A DNA stretch of 60,684 bases, counting the filler, from Nemertoderma westbladi (lineage: Eukaryota > Animalia > Xenacoelomorpha): the NCBI GenBank assembly GCA_032718475.1. It is 2 parts of 2 records of this genome, joined end to end, with 100 filler letters (N's around TTAATTAATTAA, not from the genome) between each part and the next. Parts side by side here need not be neighbours in the genome. Positions count along the whole stretch, not along the records: positions 1 to 28,623 come from JAUCBJ010003422.1; 1 more part is not named here. One strand, 5' to 3'. The position numbers and the translations under genes are program-made. The notes beneath the pieces were generated by a model. That model had not been told where the DNA came from. It saw only the letters and a program-made list of their open reading frames with translations, and searched no databases. Of the stretch, positions 1-12,812 are shown in pieces (the first letter of the stretch is position 1; every line of letters begins with the position of its first letter).

Positions 1-650
1 TCCCATACAAGAGTTTACTTTATCATCACTGTTGGTAAAACAATTCCATAGTTGATGCTACAATGTTATGATGCTAAACTGTCTGAAATTCGTTCACGAT
101 TCTGGATCGAAAAGTAACGTACATTGGTACTCAAACTGATTTTCGATGGCCCCAAATGTCATTGTTAACGCTGTGGGTTCCACATCGTAGTTCCGATTCA
201 ACCTACAGTGCCATTCCGGCATCTGGGTGTCGATTTATTTGGTCCATTGTATTTAAAGGAAACAAATTAAAGCTTGGCCCATTCTATTAACCAGTGCCTG
301 TGTTAGTGTTCGCCTATACACCTGGAGATTGTTTCAGACTAAATCGGCTAAAATTATTACACATTTGGTTTTTCGCAAGTTCTTGGCCTATCGACTTCGG
401 CCCTTTACTCCTAGAATCTTCCATTCCAATAATGCAAAAACATTTCGCCAACTATCTCGCATGAAATTCCCTACTGGATGTGGTGGATTGGGAATTTAAT
501 CCTGATCGTACAGTAGTCCTGCTTCTGGTGAAATTTTGAACGAAAACTCTGCCATAAGCTCCTACCCTAACTTCCCCAACTTGAAGTCATGGAGTGTGAA
601 GTCATGTAGTAGAAGATATTGTGAATCTGCGACTAATTGTTGCCAGTCTC
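1..650 (+). pseudogene. Highly degenerate BEL/Pao integrase remnant
   Basis: Broken reading frames give LSEIRSRFWI (~80-110), PFRHLGVDLFGPLYLK (~210-258), HLEIV (~318-333), NFER (~532-543) and DIVNLR (~615-633). These follow the order of Pao integrase motifs (compare LTEIRRTYWV, PFMHCGVDMF, ERLV and IINSRP in the ORF at 32608-34554). Many stops and frameshifts. Confidence 0.65.
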
Positions 651-777
651 TACAGATTCGCAGCATTCTGTCAGTCTGTTTCTCTGTTATTATTATATAA
701 AGATCGAAGGTTTCATATTTATTCTACCTCGCCACCCTGACGGCGTCACTCTTCCCTTGAGTATAAAATACCACATT

Positions 778-964
778 TGCCACTTTGCTGCGGCCTTTTC
801 TTCACTAAATTTGTTCTGACGGTGAAGTCAATGCAGAAAACGTTTCCGCAATTCTCACAAAAATTGTGGGATAATCCGCTATTGTGAGAATTGCGGAAAA
901 GTTTTCTGCACCGACTTCTCAGTCAGAAAAATTTAGTGAAGGAAATGCCAGCAGCAAAGTGGCA
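778..964. repeat. Imperfect inverted repeat / fold-back MITE (~83-bp arms, ~20-bp loop)
   Basis: TGCCACTTTGCTGC...GCAATTCTCACAA (778-860) is the near reverse complement of TTGTGAGAATTGC...GCAGCAAAGTGGCA (882-964). Confidence 0.8.
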
Positions 965-1449
965 GTGAATAATAACATTGCATTGGTAATAACATTCAAG
1001 GACTACAATACTGTAAATATGTAGTAGACCTTGAGGATACTAGGCCTACATAAGAAATGTAGACCTTGTACAATTTCTTTAGAAAATTATTGATAGCTTG
1101 AGAAAATCGCTTTTACCCCTGAATTATCTTTATCTTAAGTAACATGGTTTGGTTAACATGCTTAAGTAACGTGGTTCGAACTTCGAATGATATAATACTT
1201 TTATGGGATTTACAAAAATTAAAACAAAATATTATTAGTAAATATATAATACTATATTATTGATATAGACGCAGTAAACGCACTAATAGCTAATACTAAT
1301 AGATAATACTAATAGCACTGTTGTTAATTACACTTGGTTACATTGCTCCACACCTATAATCATTATTATTTATTACCACTCCCAAGTTTATAGTTGATAT
1401 TTATGTGACAAATGACAGAACAAGATTTCGACCTATTTGATAAACCTTA

Positions 1450-2520
1450 TTACTCGCCACTGAAGCCACCTGGATTCCCGGTCTGCCACCTCCATAGATC
1501 ACCACACATCTCCTCCAACCCCCGTTCCGCACACCAACCCAACTCATCCTTCGCTAAACCCGGATTGGCGAACACCGACCCAACATCCCCCGCCCGTCTA
1601 CCCACCGTCTCGTACGGTATCAAGCGCCCACTGGCTCGCCCCAACGCAGCGATCATCTCCAACACCGAGTACCCCCTACCGGTACCGAGATTATAAACCT
1701 TCAAACCGCAGTTAGTAGATAGTTTATCTAAAGCCTTAACATGGCCCTTAGCTAAGTCCACCACATGTATATAATCTCTAACCCCAGTACCGTCAGCTGT
1801 GTCGTAATCTCCTCCGAAGACAGCAACTTTCGGGCGTCTACCTATGGCGACCTGAGAAACAAACGGCATAAGATTGTTCGGAACACCTTGTGGGTCCTCA
1901 CCTATTAACCCGCTACTGTGGGCACCCACCGGGTTAAAGTACCTCAGTAGGATTATATTCCATCGAGAGTCCGATGCAAATATATCCTTAAATATTTCCT
2001 CCTGAAAGAGTTTGGTTTTACCGTATGGGTTTGGGCAGTTCCCCACCGGGTGGCATTCGTCTATTGGAACGTACTGAGGAACACCGTAGACCGTAGCGGA
2101 ACTAGAGAACAAAAGGTTCCTACAATTAAATTCGTTCATGAGTCTAGCGAGGTTCAAAGCGCAGGTTAGGTTAACGGTGTGGTACAATAAGGGGTTAGAG
2201 ACGGATTCTCCTACTGCTTTGAGTCCAGCTAGATGAATCCCGGCATCAAACTTGTTGTACTTCTCGAAAACCGCTTTCAATTCGTTGTAATTAGTGCAGT
2301 CCACTTGGTGGAAGTCGACCTTTCTTCCAGTGATCTTTTCCACGCGAACAATGCTCTCAGGTAAAGATTGCGTTTGCGACGCCACTGCGTTACTTAAGTT
2401 ATCCACAACCACTGGATTGTACCCGGCGTCCAATAGTTCTACTAGACAATGACTGCCGATAAAGCCCGCGCCGCCTGTAACTAGAATCTTTTTTTCTAGT
2501 TTATTATTATCATCACCCAT
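1450..2520 (-). CDS. GALE: UDP-glucose 4-epimerase, intronless ORF, 356 aa
   Basis: Rossmann ILVTGGAGFIGSH, HLAGLKAVGES, SSSATVYG, catalytic YGKTK (YxxxK), LRYFNPVGAH, GEDPQGVPNNLMP, DGTGVRDYIHVVDLA; full length. The insert after DNLSN and the C-terminal WRWQTGNPGGF are animal-like. Confidence 0.97.
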   Translation of the reverse strand: MGDDNNKLEKKILVTGGAGFIGSHCLVELLDAGYNPVVVDNLSNAVASQTQSLPESIVRVEKITGRKVDFHQVDCTNYNELKAVFEKYNKFDAGIHLAGLKAVGESVSNPLLYHTVNLTCALNLARLMNEFNCRNLLFSSSATVYGVPQYVPIDECHPVGNCPNPYGKTKLFQEEIFKDIFASDSRWNIILLRYFNPVGAHSSGLIGEDPQGVPNNLMPFVSQVAIGRRPKVAVFGGDYDTADGTGVRDYIHVVDLAKGHVKALDKLSTNCGLKVYNLGTGRGYSVLEMIAALGRASGRLIPYETVGRRAGDVGSVFANPGLAKDELGWCAERGLEEMCGDLWRWQTGNPGGFSGE

Positions 2521-4373
2521 TCTGGCCTAATGTTAGTCGCGGAACTGGTAGTAAGAGTAACTGAGGAAGTACAACAAACAAAATCCAGGTAAATGAACTA
2601 ATTAGTACGGGCAATATATATACATAAATTTTTACATCGATTTAGTATAGGCCTAAAGTAATTTTTTACATACAAGAACAAGGCAGCAAGGCGACTGAAA
2701 AATTAAGAAATTCCTCGACGCATATTTATTTAGTATGTGCTGATGATACCAACGACAATATACTACCGTTACAGCAGAGCAGGGACGTAGGGCTGCTGTA
2801 CAGTAGCTTTACATGTGACCGCGGCCCCCTCCCCCGGACAGCGTTCGTTCAGGTACCGGTACAGCTGTATGCTATACTGTACTATTCATCAATCAAATTG
2901 AAGGAAATATTTTGAATTTCCCGCCAATAGGTTATAAACTATGTGAGATGAACAATTCGAGCTTTGACAGGAGAGTTGGAGTTTTGATTTGAATAACCGA
3001 GGGTGATCGGCGAGGGGAGGGGAGGTCATGGATGGATGGTAGCGTAGGGTCTACCGTCCACAGTACGATATGAAGACACATAAGATGGCGAATTCGAAAG
3101 ATACAAATAATTCTTATTTGCTGGCTATTCCTATGGATATTATTTAAATGTTCCATACCTTACTATCCCATTACTCTCCCATAGATTACTATACCACATT
3201 ACTGTCCCACACATTACTCTCCAATACATTGCCTACTTAAGTTTAACATGATAACTATACAATAAAATATACCGTTACGGGTTACACTGTACACAGTAGA
3301 TTCAATTATGGACAATGTATAGGCCTAGTGCTCAACAAGTAACACACATCTGTGCCATACAATGATAGGATACAGTACGTATGTGATTCTGATAGGATTA
3401 TATATACTGTAGCTTGATTTACTGCTGGTGTGTTCTGTGAGTGGTATATTATTAATAACCAACCCTTATCCCTTTATTGACCGACATATCTCGCTCGCGA
3501 TGGAGTGGAACCTACATCTCGCTGTATGGGTGACAGTAATCATTACTGTGAATTGTATAGGGAAGCAGCTACAGTAGTTTACTGTTAGTTCTGATTAAAC
3601 TCAGAAACACACACGGTTCAGTTACAGAGGCGCTAATTATACATCCATGTCAATGATGTGGGGCGAGCCACAAAGTCTAGCTGTGCCTTGCGCAGCAGTA
3701 TTAGTGGGCCCTCTGTCGTTGTTGTTGAATATGTTTGACACTAATAAGTCGGACAATCATTGATGAAATATAACCAAACTTGGCAAACATGTATTCTATC
3801 GAAAGTTTAGAAATTCTACACAATGACAGACTTATTATATAGTTACTCTGACGGCCGCAAGGTGGCTAATTAAAAAAAACTAAAAGTACCTTACTGCTTA
3901 TTCTATTCTCAGTGCTGCGCGAAGGCCCCACGAACGTGTGCTAATATACTTCTACCGTAACTGAATAACAAAATGGCTCCCCTCACTATTATATAACACG
4001 TTCGCAGTTAATTCGGACACCTTACAGAACCTGCAACATACATAACATTCTACTGTAGCAGCGATCGTGATTGGACATTATTGCAACGAGGAATGAATAT
4101 GGTACTACATATTAATAAATTGTCCCTTGTTTTTGCTGGAAAATCGGAGGTCTACAATATACTGTAGGTTTACGGTATTTTGATCTTTTTACGCCCCCTA
4201 CCCCCCCCCCCCCCCCCCCCTATTGCAATTACACGTGTTTGCTCGCAGTTAACCATTGTTACCTACTTGGTTTCATTCATACTTCGCTTCCAGGTAGTCG
4301 CGGGGGAATTTGAGTTGGACATTGGATGTACGAATGACGAGCTCATACAAATGATAAACTCTTTAAGGTTTAA

Positions 4374-4973
4374 GGGGAGAGTACACCCCCCCCCCTCCCT
4401 GAACATTTTTTTAAATGTCTAAAATTTATATTGAAACTAAAATATCTTGATTTTATAAGTTATGGGCTTTTTAAAATATGGCTAAACATTTGTTTTTTCG
4501 AAAAATTTTCAAATTTCCAGTCGCCCTCTAGCAGCCATTGAATGAATCAAGATTTGCGGTTAAAATGCTACTAGTTTTACAGTAGTTGCTTAGTTATTAC
4601 TTTCATGTAGTTATTTAATTTAACTAGTTTCAATTTTAGGTGAAATTGTTTTTTTCGAATTACGGAGGTGAGTTCCACAAAAGTTATCGGATAAAATTTT
4701 AGTTTAGCCTTTTTATGAAAAGTAATTAATATTTATAACATTTGGCAAAATTTTAACTAATTTCATTCCAAGATAATTGCCTACAAATTTTAAACCTTCC
4801 CGCCACAACTGGCTGCCTGTGGTCTGAAGAAAACAGCGATAACTTGAGAACTAAGAGGTTTCGCTAAGCGGTTTTCAGATTTGAATTCCTCATTAAATTC
4901 TGATATAGATTAAATAAACAGATATTTGAATTTGACATGTGGGGGGGGGGGGGGGGGGGGGGGGTACCCCCCC
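4374..4973. mobile_element. Putative non-autonomous DNA transposon (MITE) with GGGG...CCCC ends, TTAA-type target
   Basis: Left end TTAA|GGGGAGAGTACACCCCCC and right end GGGGGGTACCCCCCC|TTA are imperfect inverted repeats around an AT-rich non-coding core. Confidence 0.4.
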
Positions 4974-6967
4974 TTACATGAAATTGTAGCTGTTTTAGTT
5001 TTATCTGAAATTAATTATATTAAATAAATTTCATTATGTAAAAATCTATTTTTTCAAAGATTAAGGATACACGATATTGCGACGCCATAGGACAGGCCAC
5101 GTGGTGTGGACTACAACATTTTTATGTGGCGAGCCATTTGCCCAGGTCCTGACTTCCCAACACGAGTGCTTCTTGTTTTCCCTTCCCTTCGTTCATATCG
5201 GACCATTATAATGAATAATTGTAAAAAATAACATCGTTATGAAAAAAATACCCAATTTATTAGCCTAAACAATCAGATACCAACAAATTTCTAAATTCAT
5301 ATTTAAATTATTATTAAATAAAATAACATTTAAACAAAACAATATGCAAAATGTGGGGAATTTGTCTGGATGTCTTTACTTGTATTTTTCAATATCAGCA
5401 TTCAGCACATCAGCATTCAATAATTTATCAAACAATTAATTTATAAAACAATCTGATTATTCGGTATTATTCGCGTATTCGTAATGTTATAGCTTTAAGT
5501 TACTCCACGATATTGTGATAGATAATGTTTCTATTAACTTGTAAAGTGTTACATTACGCTATGGCGGACGAGTAATTCTAATAAAAATATTATTTACTAT
5601 TATCATTACTTATATTTTTACTATTGTAACTGAGACTGAGCTCAAATGTGCGCTCACTTAATTAAAATACACTAATGGCTCTAAAACATAAAGATAATTA
5701 ATATATTAAATGATAAAAAATAAAAAATCTTTGAAAGTTTATATCCTTGGCTATCCGGCATATTAATCTTATGTTTTGGATTGACGGATAACAAGAATTT
5801 GGATAATAAAGTTTAATTTTCTAATATCGACGTGATAAAAGACCCTTCCTGTTTTACAATAACTCGGCATATTAATGTCACACTATAGGCTTACTTGACG
5901 ATGTTCTATTATATTATATTTAAAAAAAATAAAGATATACAACATATTCATACCATCTTACTACCCTTAATATATTTTTTTATAATATAACCTATAATAA
6001 AACAAGTTTTCACAAAATTGGAGACGATTTGAGAAATTATGAAAAGGTCATCGCGTCAAATTCCCCACAATATCATGTAAAGTAACTCTAAAGTAAGGCA
6101 AGTTGTCTTACACTGTCGGTTTAGGTATTCATTCATTCATATTCCGGAATATATAATATATATAGTCAATAAATAATAATATAGATAATCGGAGGCAACA
6201 TTGAGCACCAATCAGGAACGAGAAATCCAGTTATTGTACCTAAATTAACGGGAACTTTAAATAAACCATTAAATTACCAGTATATATATATTAACCTAGT
6301 CTTGTCTTCAATTAATAAAGTTAAATTCAAAAAAGAAATTAGCACGGTAATAGGCTGATGTGAGTTTCATTGCCACTAGTTTCAACCGACCAAGGGAACA
6401 TCAACAACCACCACCATATATATGATTCACTAATAGGAGGCTGGGTTAGCAGTATTGTAGTTACACAGAGCTCTTGCGCGATATCAGTAACAACAATCAA
6501 AGGAGGAATTGGGTTAACATGAGATTGAAACCTTTGGGGAAAAGCGGTTTACACAGAGCTCTCGACAAAGAGTACACAAGTACTGTAACAGATCATGCTA
6601 TGCTAATACAAATAACCAACTAAACCATATACCGGTATCACAAATAATTTAAATTATATTTTAATATCACATTCATTAACAAAACACCAAAACCTTTTAT
6701 TAAAATTGACATATATTGGGTGTTGATCATTTCTAATTTCATGATTTCTGATGTGGTGTGTAGTTGGTAGTATACCTATCGTACCGTAATTCATTGTCAA
6801 ATTCCGCAAATAATTATGTAAATTTTACTAGCAATAAAAAAAAGTATATATAATATATCCATAACCGGATAATAAATAAACAAAAAATGAGCATATTTGT
6901 TGGTAAGTAATGGGACCGCATTTAGGCCTAAAACACTGATAGAATCTCCCGGCTCAAGAGCTCTGTG

Positions 6968-9900
6968 TTATAAAGAAGAAACCTCGATAACTGAATTACA
7001 ATCGATAGTTTTATCCCCGGAACCAACCATGGAACCACTGGCTGTTTCCCCAAGCGTATCCATTGTATCGTCCCGGACAAGATGGGTATTCCCCTGACCC
7101 CGGCAAGCTCGACGAATTGTAGAAATACCGAGAACGGCCCGTGAAAACCGTCTCGGTACAAAAGGTCGTAATGACTGCACGCGAAACGCTACCCGCATAC
7201 GTCGAGTGAGCGACGGCCGGAGCGCCACCTGTAGTACTCTACCTGTGAGGTCTGGGATAAATATTACACTAAGCACGAGGAGGAGAGCCAACCACGAGAC
7301 TGGAGTGCTGAAAAGAGAAAAGAAAACGCCGTAGTAAGGATTACTCGGGTCGAACCAACACCAGGTCATCACGAACACGAAATAGCCAGCAAGACTTAAA
7401 AACATGGCGAGTGATATCAATAAATTCCAACAATGAATCTCTATAGCCAAACGTAGATGAACAATTAGGATAACCGCAGTTGAAACAAAAACACTAAAAG
7501 CGTATAAATCTGGAGGCAGTCCATCTGGGTTTGATGATAAACCTTGGTGGGAGAAATGGAATATAATATAGGAGATAACGTATAAAGCAATTCCGTGAAG
7601 AAGAGCTCCACCCTGCCAAATAACGAATTGAGACCACGTGAGAGCCGAATTGTGTGCAAGGTCACAGTAGAGACGTGGCTGATTCAACGCGAGTGTTTCA
7701 GGAACATCTTGGTCTACAAGAGCAAAGATAAACACTGGTAATGATGTGAAGGTAACATTGTAACAAGTCAAAATAAAAGTAGCATAGAAGCTTTGCTCAG
7801 AGAAGGTGCAAAGAAACTGAAAGAACAGCTGTCCCATTATGAACACAATGTTCTTGTAGAAGAAATACTGTACTAAAACAGCAAGACGTAGGTAATACCA
7901 GCGACCATGTACTAGAATAGCACGGTGAAGAAATCGGAAACGTTTAAATGCATAATCAGAAGCACGAACGGCCTGACGTCCCTCGTTACCCATTATCCCA
8001 ACTCCAACGTGGCTCTCTTGTATCATAGAAACATCATTGGCCCCATCACCAACAGCCATGCAGGTTGGAGAACCTTTGGAATTTTTAATCAAACTAACAA
8101 CCTCAGCTTTCTGTAAAGGTGATAATCGGCAACAAAGAACAGCTGAACATCGACGGGCCACCTCCACAAAATCTTTTAGAGAACTGCCTTCTTTATCCAA
8201 CATACATTGAGACAGAGTGAGTCCATCCACAACCAGTGCCCGGTAGTTTGAGTCCGGTCCTTCCGCGTTCATTTCAGAGAGAAGAGAGGCCATCTCGCAT
8301 CTAATCGATTCAACCGAATTGAATCCCACAAGGAAACTCCGTTCCATATTTCGTTTAAAGTGGCCACAAGCGAGGCTAATGTTGACGGCAGTCTCGAGTT
8401 TATCTCCAGTGAGAATCCACACACGAATTCCCGCCGCTCTCAGATATTCTATCGTTTCAGCAACACCATCCTGCAATTTATCTTCCACACCAGTTGCTCC
8501 TAACACATGGAAATCGCGTTCCAACTCAGAATATATATCCAATGACTTGGCCTGGCTGTCAAACAGAGATGACTTTGCTTCGATCAGTTTTTGGTTGTAT
8601 TCGTGGTATTGGTCATCTGTTAGCCTCCGTTCAGCCATCACAAGAGTTCTGAGACCCTCAATAGCGAAATCATCTACATGCCGACGAGTTTCATCACGCA
8701 ACCCACTGGTAGCTAAGGGGAGGATTGCACTCTCAGCGCCTTTACAGAGAAGCTTGTAATTCCCATCACGGTCGCGGACAATTACTGACATCCTTTTACG
8801 AGTCGCATCAAACTCTAAAGTGTGTAGAAGTTGGTATCGTTGCCTGGATCCGTTGACATTGACATCAAGGAAGGTAGATGAACCTCCAATAAACACAACC
8901 CCAAACTGAGCAGAAGCAACGACTAGTGCACGTTCATCCGGAGAAGAGGCCTGGTACTCTATTGGTGAGGAAGAATCCACACGATCAAGGGCCTCTGTCG
9001 AATCAATTGAGATTGTTTTGCCGTGATTCACATGAACTGTGTGACAGAGACATATCAGCGTGAGGAAGTCTACAACATCATCAGAGAAATTATCATCAGA
9101 ATCGTCAACAGAACGAAGCAATCTCTCTGATTTGAAACTGGTTCTTGTAAAAAGTGAATGTGCACCATCCCCCTGAGGCGAGACATGCCCATCAACTCTG
9201 TCTGATCTAGAGGCAGCTCTTCGACCATGTGAACTCGAAATAATAGAATGTAGCTCTCCACCCAGATCTGCATAACAAACTCCCCCAACAGAACACCTAC
9301 GGAATATCATCTCATTTTCAGTCAAAGTACCCGTTTTGTCTGCGAAGAGGTACTCAACTTGCCCAAGTTCTTCATTAAGATCGGATGTGTTTGCCAATGC
9401 GGGTGAATCTTCATCGCATAACTCATGGTCCCAAACAAAAAATAATGAACCAAAAAACTTCTGTATTTCGATAGTAACATACATAGAGATGGGAATAATG
9501 TAGGAATTCAAGACAATGAAAGCCAGAAAGTTCTCTAAGGAATTGCTGAATGTAACGCTGGTTTCACTGACGGATTCTCCAAGGTACCAACTAGAGATGT
9601 ACCAAGATTGATTTCTGGTATAGTAATGAAGAATTGAGAGGAGGACTGCTTCACAGAACAAAATTGCCAGAAATATAATGAGGTACTTATTAACACCACG
9701 TTCAATGTTACTCCATTTCGTAGATTTAAAACGGCTATTTAAGGAAAGTTTGGTTTCCACACCAGTGTAGACGGCCATGCCATTAACATAATTTATATTT
9801 TTCAATGTAGATCCTAATAGCAGAAGGTTAGATGGACCAATGGGTTTCTTCACTGTGGGAGAGCTTAAATTACCAGTTCCATTACCACCATTTTCACATT

Positions 9901-10615
9901 TATTACCCGAAAGCTCATTTCCACTTATAGCCATGGTGCCAACAAATCGGTACAAGTCTGCTTCAGGCTGACCGCATTCTATTTTAATTCCTAAAGTTGC
10001 TAGAGACTCGACCGATTGGAAAGATTTAGTCTCTGTGAGACTGTGATATACTTTTAGGTTAGTTTCTCCATCCAGATTTGCAGTTGTGACATGACATTGA
10101 CCCTCATTCTCACTGGTTGATATCAGCACCATGTCGCAGGGAATCTCATCGTCCAGACAAACTTGCACAATATCCCCAACTTGGATGTCTTTCGCCTCAA
10201 TCTTCTTTAAACCCTTACATGTGACCACATGGTAAATTCGTTTGTTAACTTCATTATCAGCCTTGTGTCTCAGCCAGTCCTCATAACCCTGCTTTACCAA
10301 GGCCACTGCTACGACAAAAGCTAAAGGGGCGATTGAGGTTATTGGGGAAACAGGTGACTCGATTATCAACTGAACCATACCCATACAGAGGAAATAAAAA
10401 TTTGCTATCCTGCGAAACTGTTCAAACAAACATTTTGGAAAGAAGTTAATGATTGTATACTTTGAAGATACAATGCGATTATCTGGATAGTTTTGGCTGG
10501 TAGTAGAAATTTCAGGGATGAGTTTGTCTGATGGGTCAAAGTATATTGTTCGTGATTTAGGAGGCTCTCTTTCGGAATTCAATCCCAGGAAATGAGTCAA
10601 CCTTCTAAGCACCAT
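6968..10615 (-). CDS. ATP11: P4-type ATPase (phospholipid flippase), ATP11 class, intronless ORF, 1215 aa
   Basis: YPDNRIVSSKYT..FEQFRRIANFYFL (ATP11-like), LDGETNLK, PISMYVT, phosphorylation site DKTGTLT, ASSPDE, CKGAES, LTGDKLETA, CCRLSPLQKA, GDGANDVSMI, QYFFYKN, C-terminal TM helices. The paralog letter cannot be assigned. Confidence 0.95.
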   Translation of the reverse strand: MVLRRLTHFLGLNSEREPPKSRTIYFDPSDKLIPEISTTSQNYPDNRIVSSKYTIINFFPKCLFEQFRRIANFYFLCMGMVQLIIESPVSPITSIAPLAFVVAVALVKQGYEDWLRHKADNEVNKRIYHVVTCKGLKKIEAKDIQVGDIVQVCLDDEIPCDMVLISTSENEGQCHVTTANLDGETNLKVYHSLTETKSFQSVESLATLGIKIECGQPEADLYRFVGTMAISGNELSGNKCENGGNGTGNLSSPTVKKPIGPSNLLLLGSTLKNINYVNGMAVYTGVETKLSLNSRFKSTKWSNIERGVNKYLIIFLAILFCEAVLLSILHYYTRNQSWYISSWYLGESVSETSVTFSNSLENFLAFIVLNSYIIPISMYVTIEIQKFFGSLFFVWDHELCDEDSPALANTSDLNEELGQVEYLFADKTGTLTENEMIFRRCSVGGVCYADLGGELHSIISSSHGRRAASRSDRVDGHVSPQGDGAHSLFTRTSFKSERLLRSVDDSDDNFSDDVVDFLTLICLCHTVHVNHGKTISIDSTEALDRVDSSSPIEYQASSPDERALVVASAQFGVVFIGGSSTFLDVNVNGSRQRYQLLHTLEFDATRKRMSVIVRDRDGNYKLLCKGAESAILPLATSGLRDETRRHVDDFAIEGLRTLVMAERRLTDDQYHEYNQKLIEAKSSLFDSQAKSLDIYSELERDFHVLGATGVEDKLQDGVAETIEYLRAAGIRVWILTGDKLETAVNISLACGHFKRNMERSFLVGFNSVESIRCEMASLLSEMNAEGPDSNYRALVVDGLTLSQCMLDKEGSSLKDFVEVARRCSAVLCCRLSPLQKAEVVSLIKNSKGSPTCMAVGDGANDVSMIQESHVGVGIMGNEGRQAVRASDYAFKRFRFLHRAILVHGRWYYLRLAVLVQYFFYKNIVFIMGQLFFQFLCTFSEQSFYATFILTCYNVTFTSLPVFIFALVDQDVPETLALNQPRLYCDLAHNSALTWSQFVIWQGGALLHGIALYVISYIIFHFSHQGLSSNPDGLPPDLYAFSVFVSTAVILIVHLRLAIEIHCWNLLISLAMFLSLAGYFVFVMTWCWFDPSNPYYGVFFSLFSTPVSWLALLLVLSVIFIPDLTGRVLQVALRPSLTRRMRVAFRVQSLRPFVPRRFSRAVLGISTIRRACRGQGNTHLVRDDTMDTLGETASGSMVGSGDKTIDCNSVIEVSSL

Positions 10616-11346
10616 TGTAAAAAAAAGAATGTTATAACATATGTTCTGTAAATCAAGTGAAATTGCTGCTATAAACTATACAGTCAGGAGTCAGACAGTT
10701 CAATTATAGCCTATAATATACTGATATACGGTATTAGTTATAGTTCAGTTCATATCCCTGTAATATGATACCGGTAGGCCTATTATAATGCAGTAATGTG
10801 ATTTCGTTCATATTGCATTCTGGCATTACCGGTAGGCCCTATTGCTGTATTGCATTAGGCCTAGTCTAACAGTCTAATTCTAATTGTATATTGCTGTATT
10901 GTAACAGCTCAACTCAAATTAATTTAGGCCTAATTAATATCGAATTTGAATAGACCTGTCAGCCTGTAGACCTACCGTTACTACATACTGACATACTACA
11001 GTACTAACTGACAGGACATGGACCAGTGGACACTAGCAGACTGCAGACTACCGTAGCTGGACTTTACAGTTAGAGCACTACACTGCTACTACTGTACCGT
11101 ACTGCACTACCTTCCTACCACCTACCAGCCTACAGCACTAGACAGTTGCTAGAGGTTCCTAGATCCTGATTTTACAGTCCTAGATCTGACCAAATCACAA
11201 AAAATAATCCCAAAACCAACAGACCAAATCACACCGAATGATAGGTGTCTGTCTAGCCTACCAAACTGCCAAATCACAAAAAAAATTGAAAAGTACAGAA
11301 GTAGGCCTACAGAAGTAAAGGAGCAGGTTACAGTGGTAGCTGGCAG

Positions 11347-11440
11347 TAGGGCTCGATCGGAGTTGGGATTTGGCCGGAGCCGGAGCAGGAGCCGGAGTTG
11401 GACAATTTGGCCGGAGCTGGAGCAGGAGCCGGAGTTTTTC
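11347..11440. mobile_element. Orphan left terminus of a hAT-type element, same TIR family as 12813-13668
   Basis: Starts TAGGGCTCGATCGGAGTT and continues with CCGGAG subterminal repeats; no dedicated right TIR seen in the window. Confidence 0.6.
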
Positions 11441-12812
11441 AAAAATTTTTAAAATTTAATTATTTATTTAAAAAAAAATAAAGTATGGTTATCGTTTGCC
11501 AATCGCTCATAATCAATCATACTGTAGGTCTAATTAATTTCATAATTTATCTGTTTATAGATTTACGAATTTTCAATTTAAAATTTAAGTAATTAATTTA
11601 TCACGGACAGACGGCCTGACCCCTGACGCTGACGGCTAAAAATTACCTACAGTTGACAGTACCTACAGTCGGTGAGAAGTCAAAAATTGGACTTGAGTCC
11701 AAAATTGGACTTCGACTCCAGTTCAAGTCTAAAATTGGACTTCTGTGAGTCCAATATTGGACTTCAAATCAGACAATTGTTCCAGGGCCTTGGGTAATTG
11801 GATTGGGTGGGATTTTTTTTTTTTATCGAAAATATATCAAAAAATAAGAGTTTTGAACAGGAGGACCTGAAATTCACCAGGGGGAACTTTTTTTATAAGG
11901 CTTTGAATTTTTACAAAAGTCCAATATTGGACTTTAAGTTCAATTTTGGACGCGACATTGAGAATCGAACTTAAAGGTACATGAAGCATGACAGATGAGA
12001 GACAGCCAGACAGCTGTTAAGTTATGGAAAGTTACCTTTGCAGCTCTGTATGTATCTTCAGTGTAACAGTGTAATGACTGTACTGTACTTAGAATATAAT
12101 GGTACATTCTAGCATTCTAGGTACTTTGTACTTTACTTTTAGCATATTGTTTAGTTTACAATTTACATTCATGTTATGTCTAACCTTACAGCCTTATGTA
12201 CCCAGGACTTTATAGTGTCTTTAGGACTAGATTAGATTATGCTCCAACAAATATTTAATTACAAATTATATTTGGTGGATACTGGTAACAATGCCAGGTT
12301 AGCCAACTGCAGCTGCTGCTAAGGCTAACTACAGTACAAGCTACGATTTCGTCTAAGGCTATGGGAGCCCTATCAGAGAGAAATACTACAAGTTGATGCT
12401 ACCACCATCTCTTCTAATTTTTCCATACAACAGGAAGGGTATTATAAAACGGCTGGATAACAGGATAATGAAATGGGATTAGTAACTGATTAACGTGTTG
12501 GGGTCTCCACATAATAAGTACAGAAGTAACAAGTAACACACGTCATAATCATAAACCAATTGAGGGAAAGGAACAGGTTACAGATGCAGGCTTTTCTAAC
12601 TAAAACAATAAACTGATAAACGGTCACTTTTGACTTTACCAATTGAAGGCGCCGTATAACCTCACCACATACTACTACTACAATCGGCATGATTAATTGC
12701 AACTGCATTATATATATAGGCCCTATTATGTATTAAGAATGCTGTGCCGGCTTGTTGACAAAAGTGCGCCTCCACAACTCCCTTACACTCTTACAGCCTT
12801 ATCACCCATGAC

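Noticed and set aside
1450-2520. Bacterial galE or horizontal transfer
   Set aside because: Sequence features look animal-like, and the neighbour is a eukaryote-specific P4-ATPase; lack of introns alone is insufficient.
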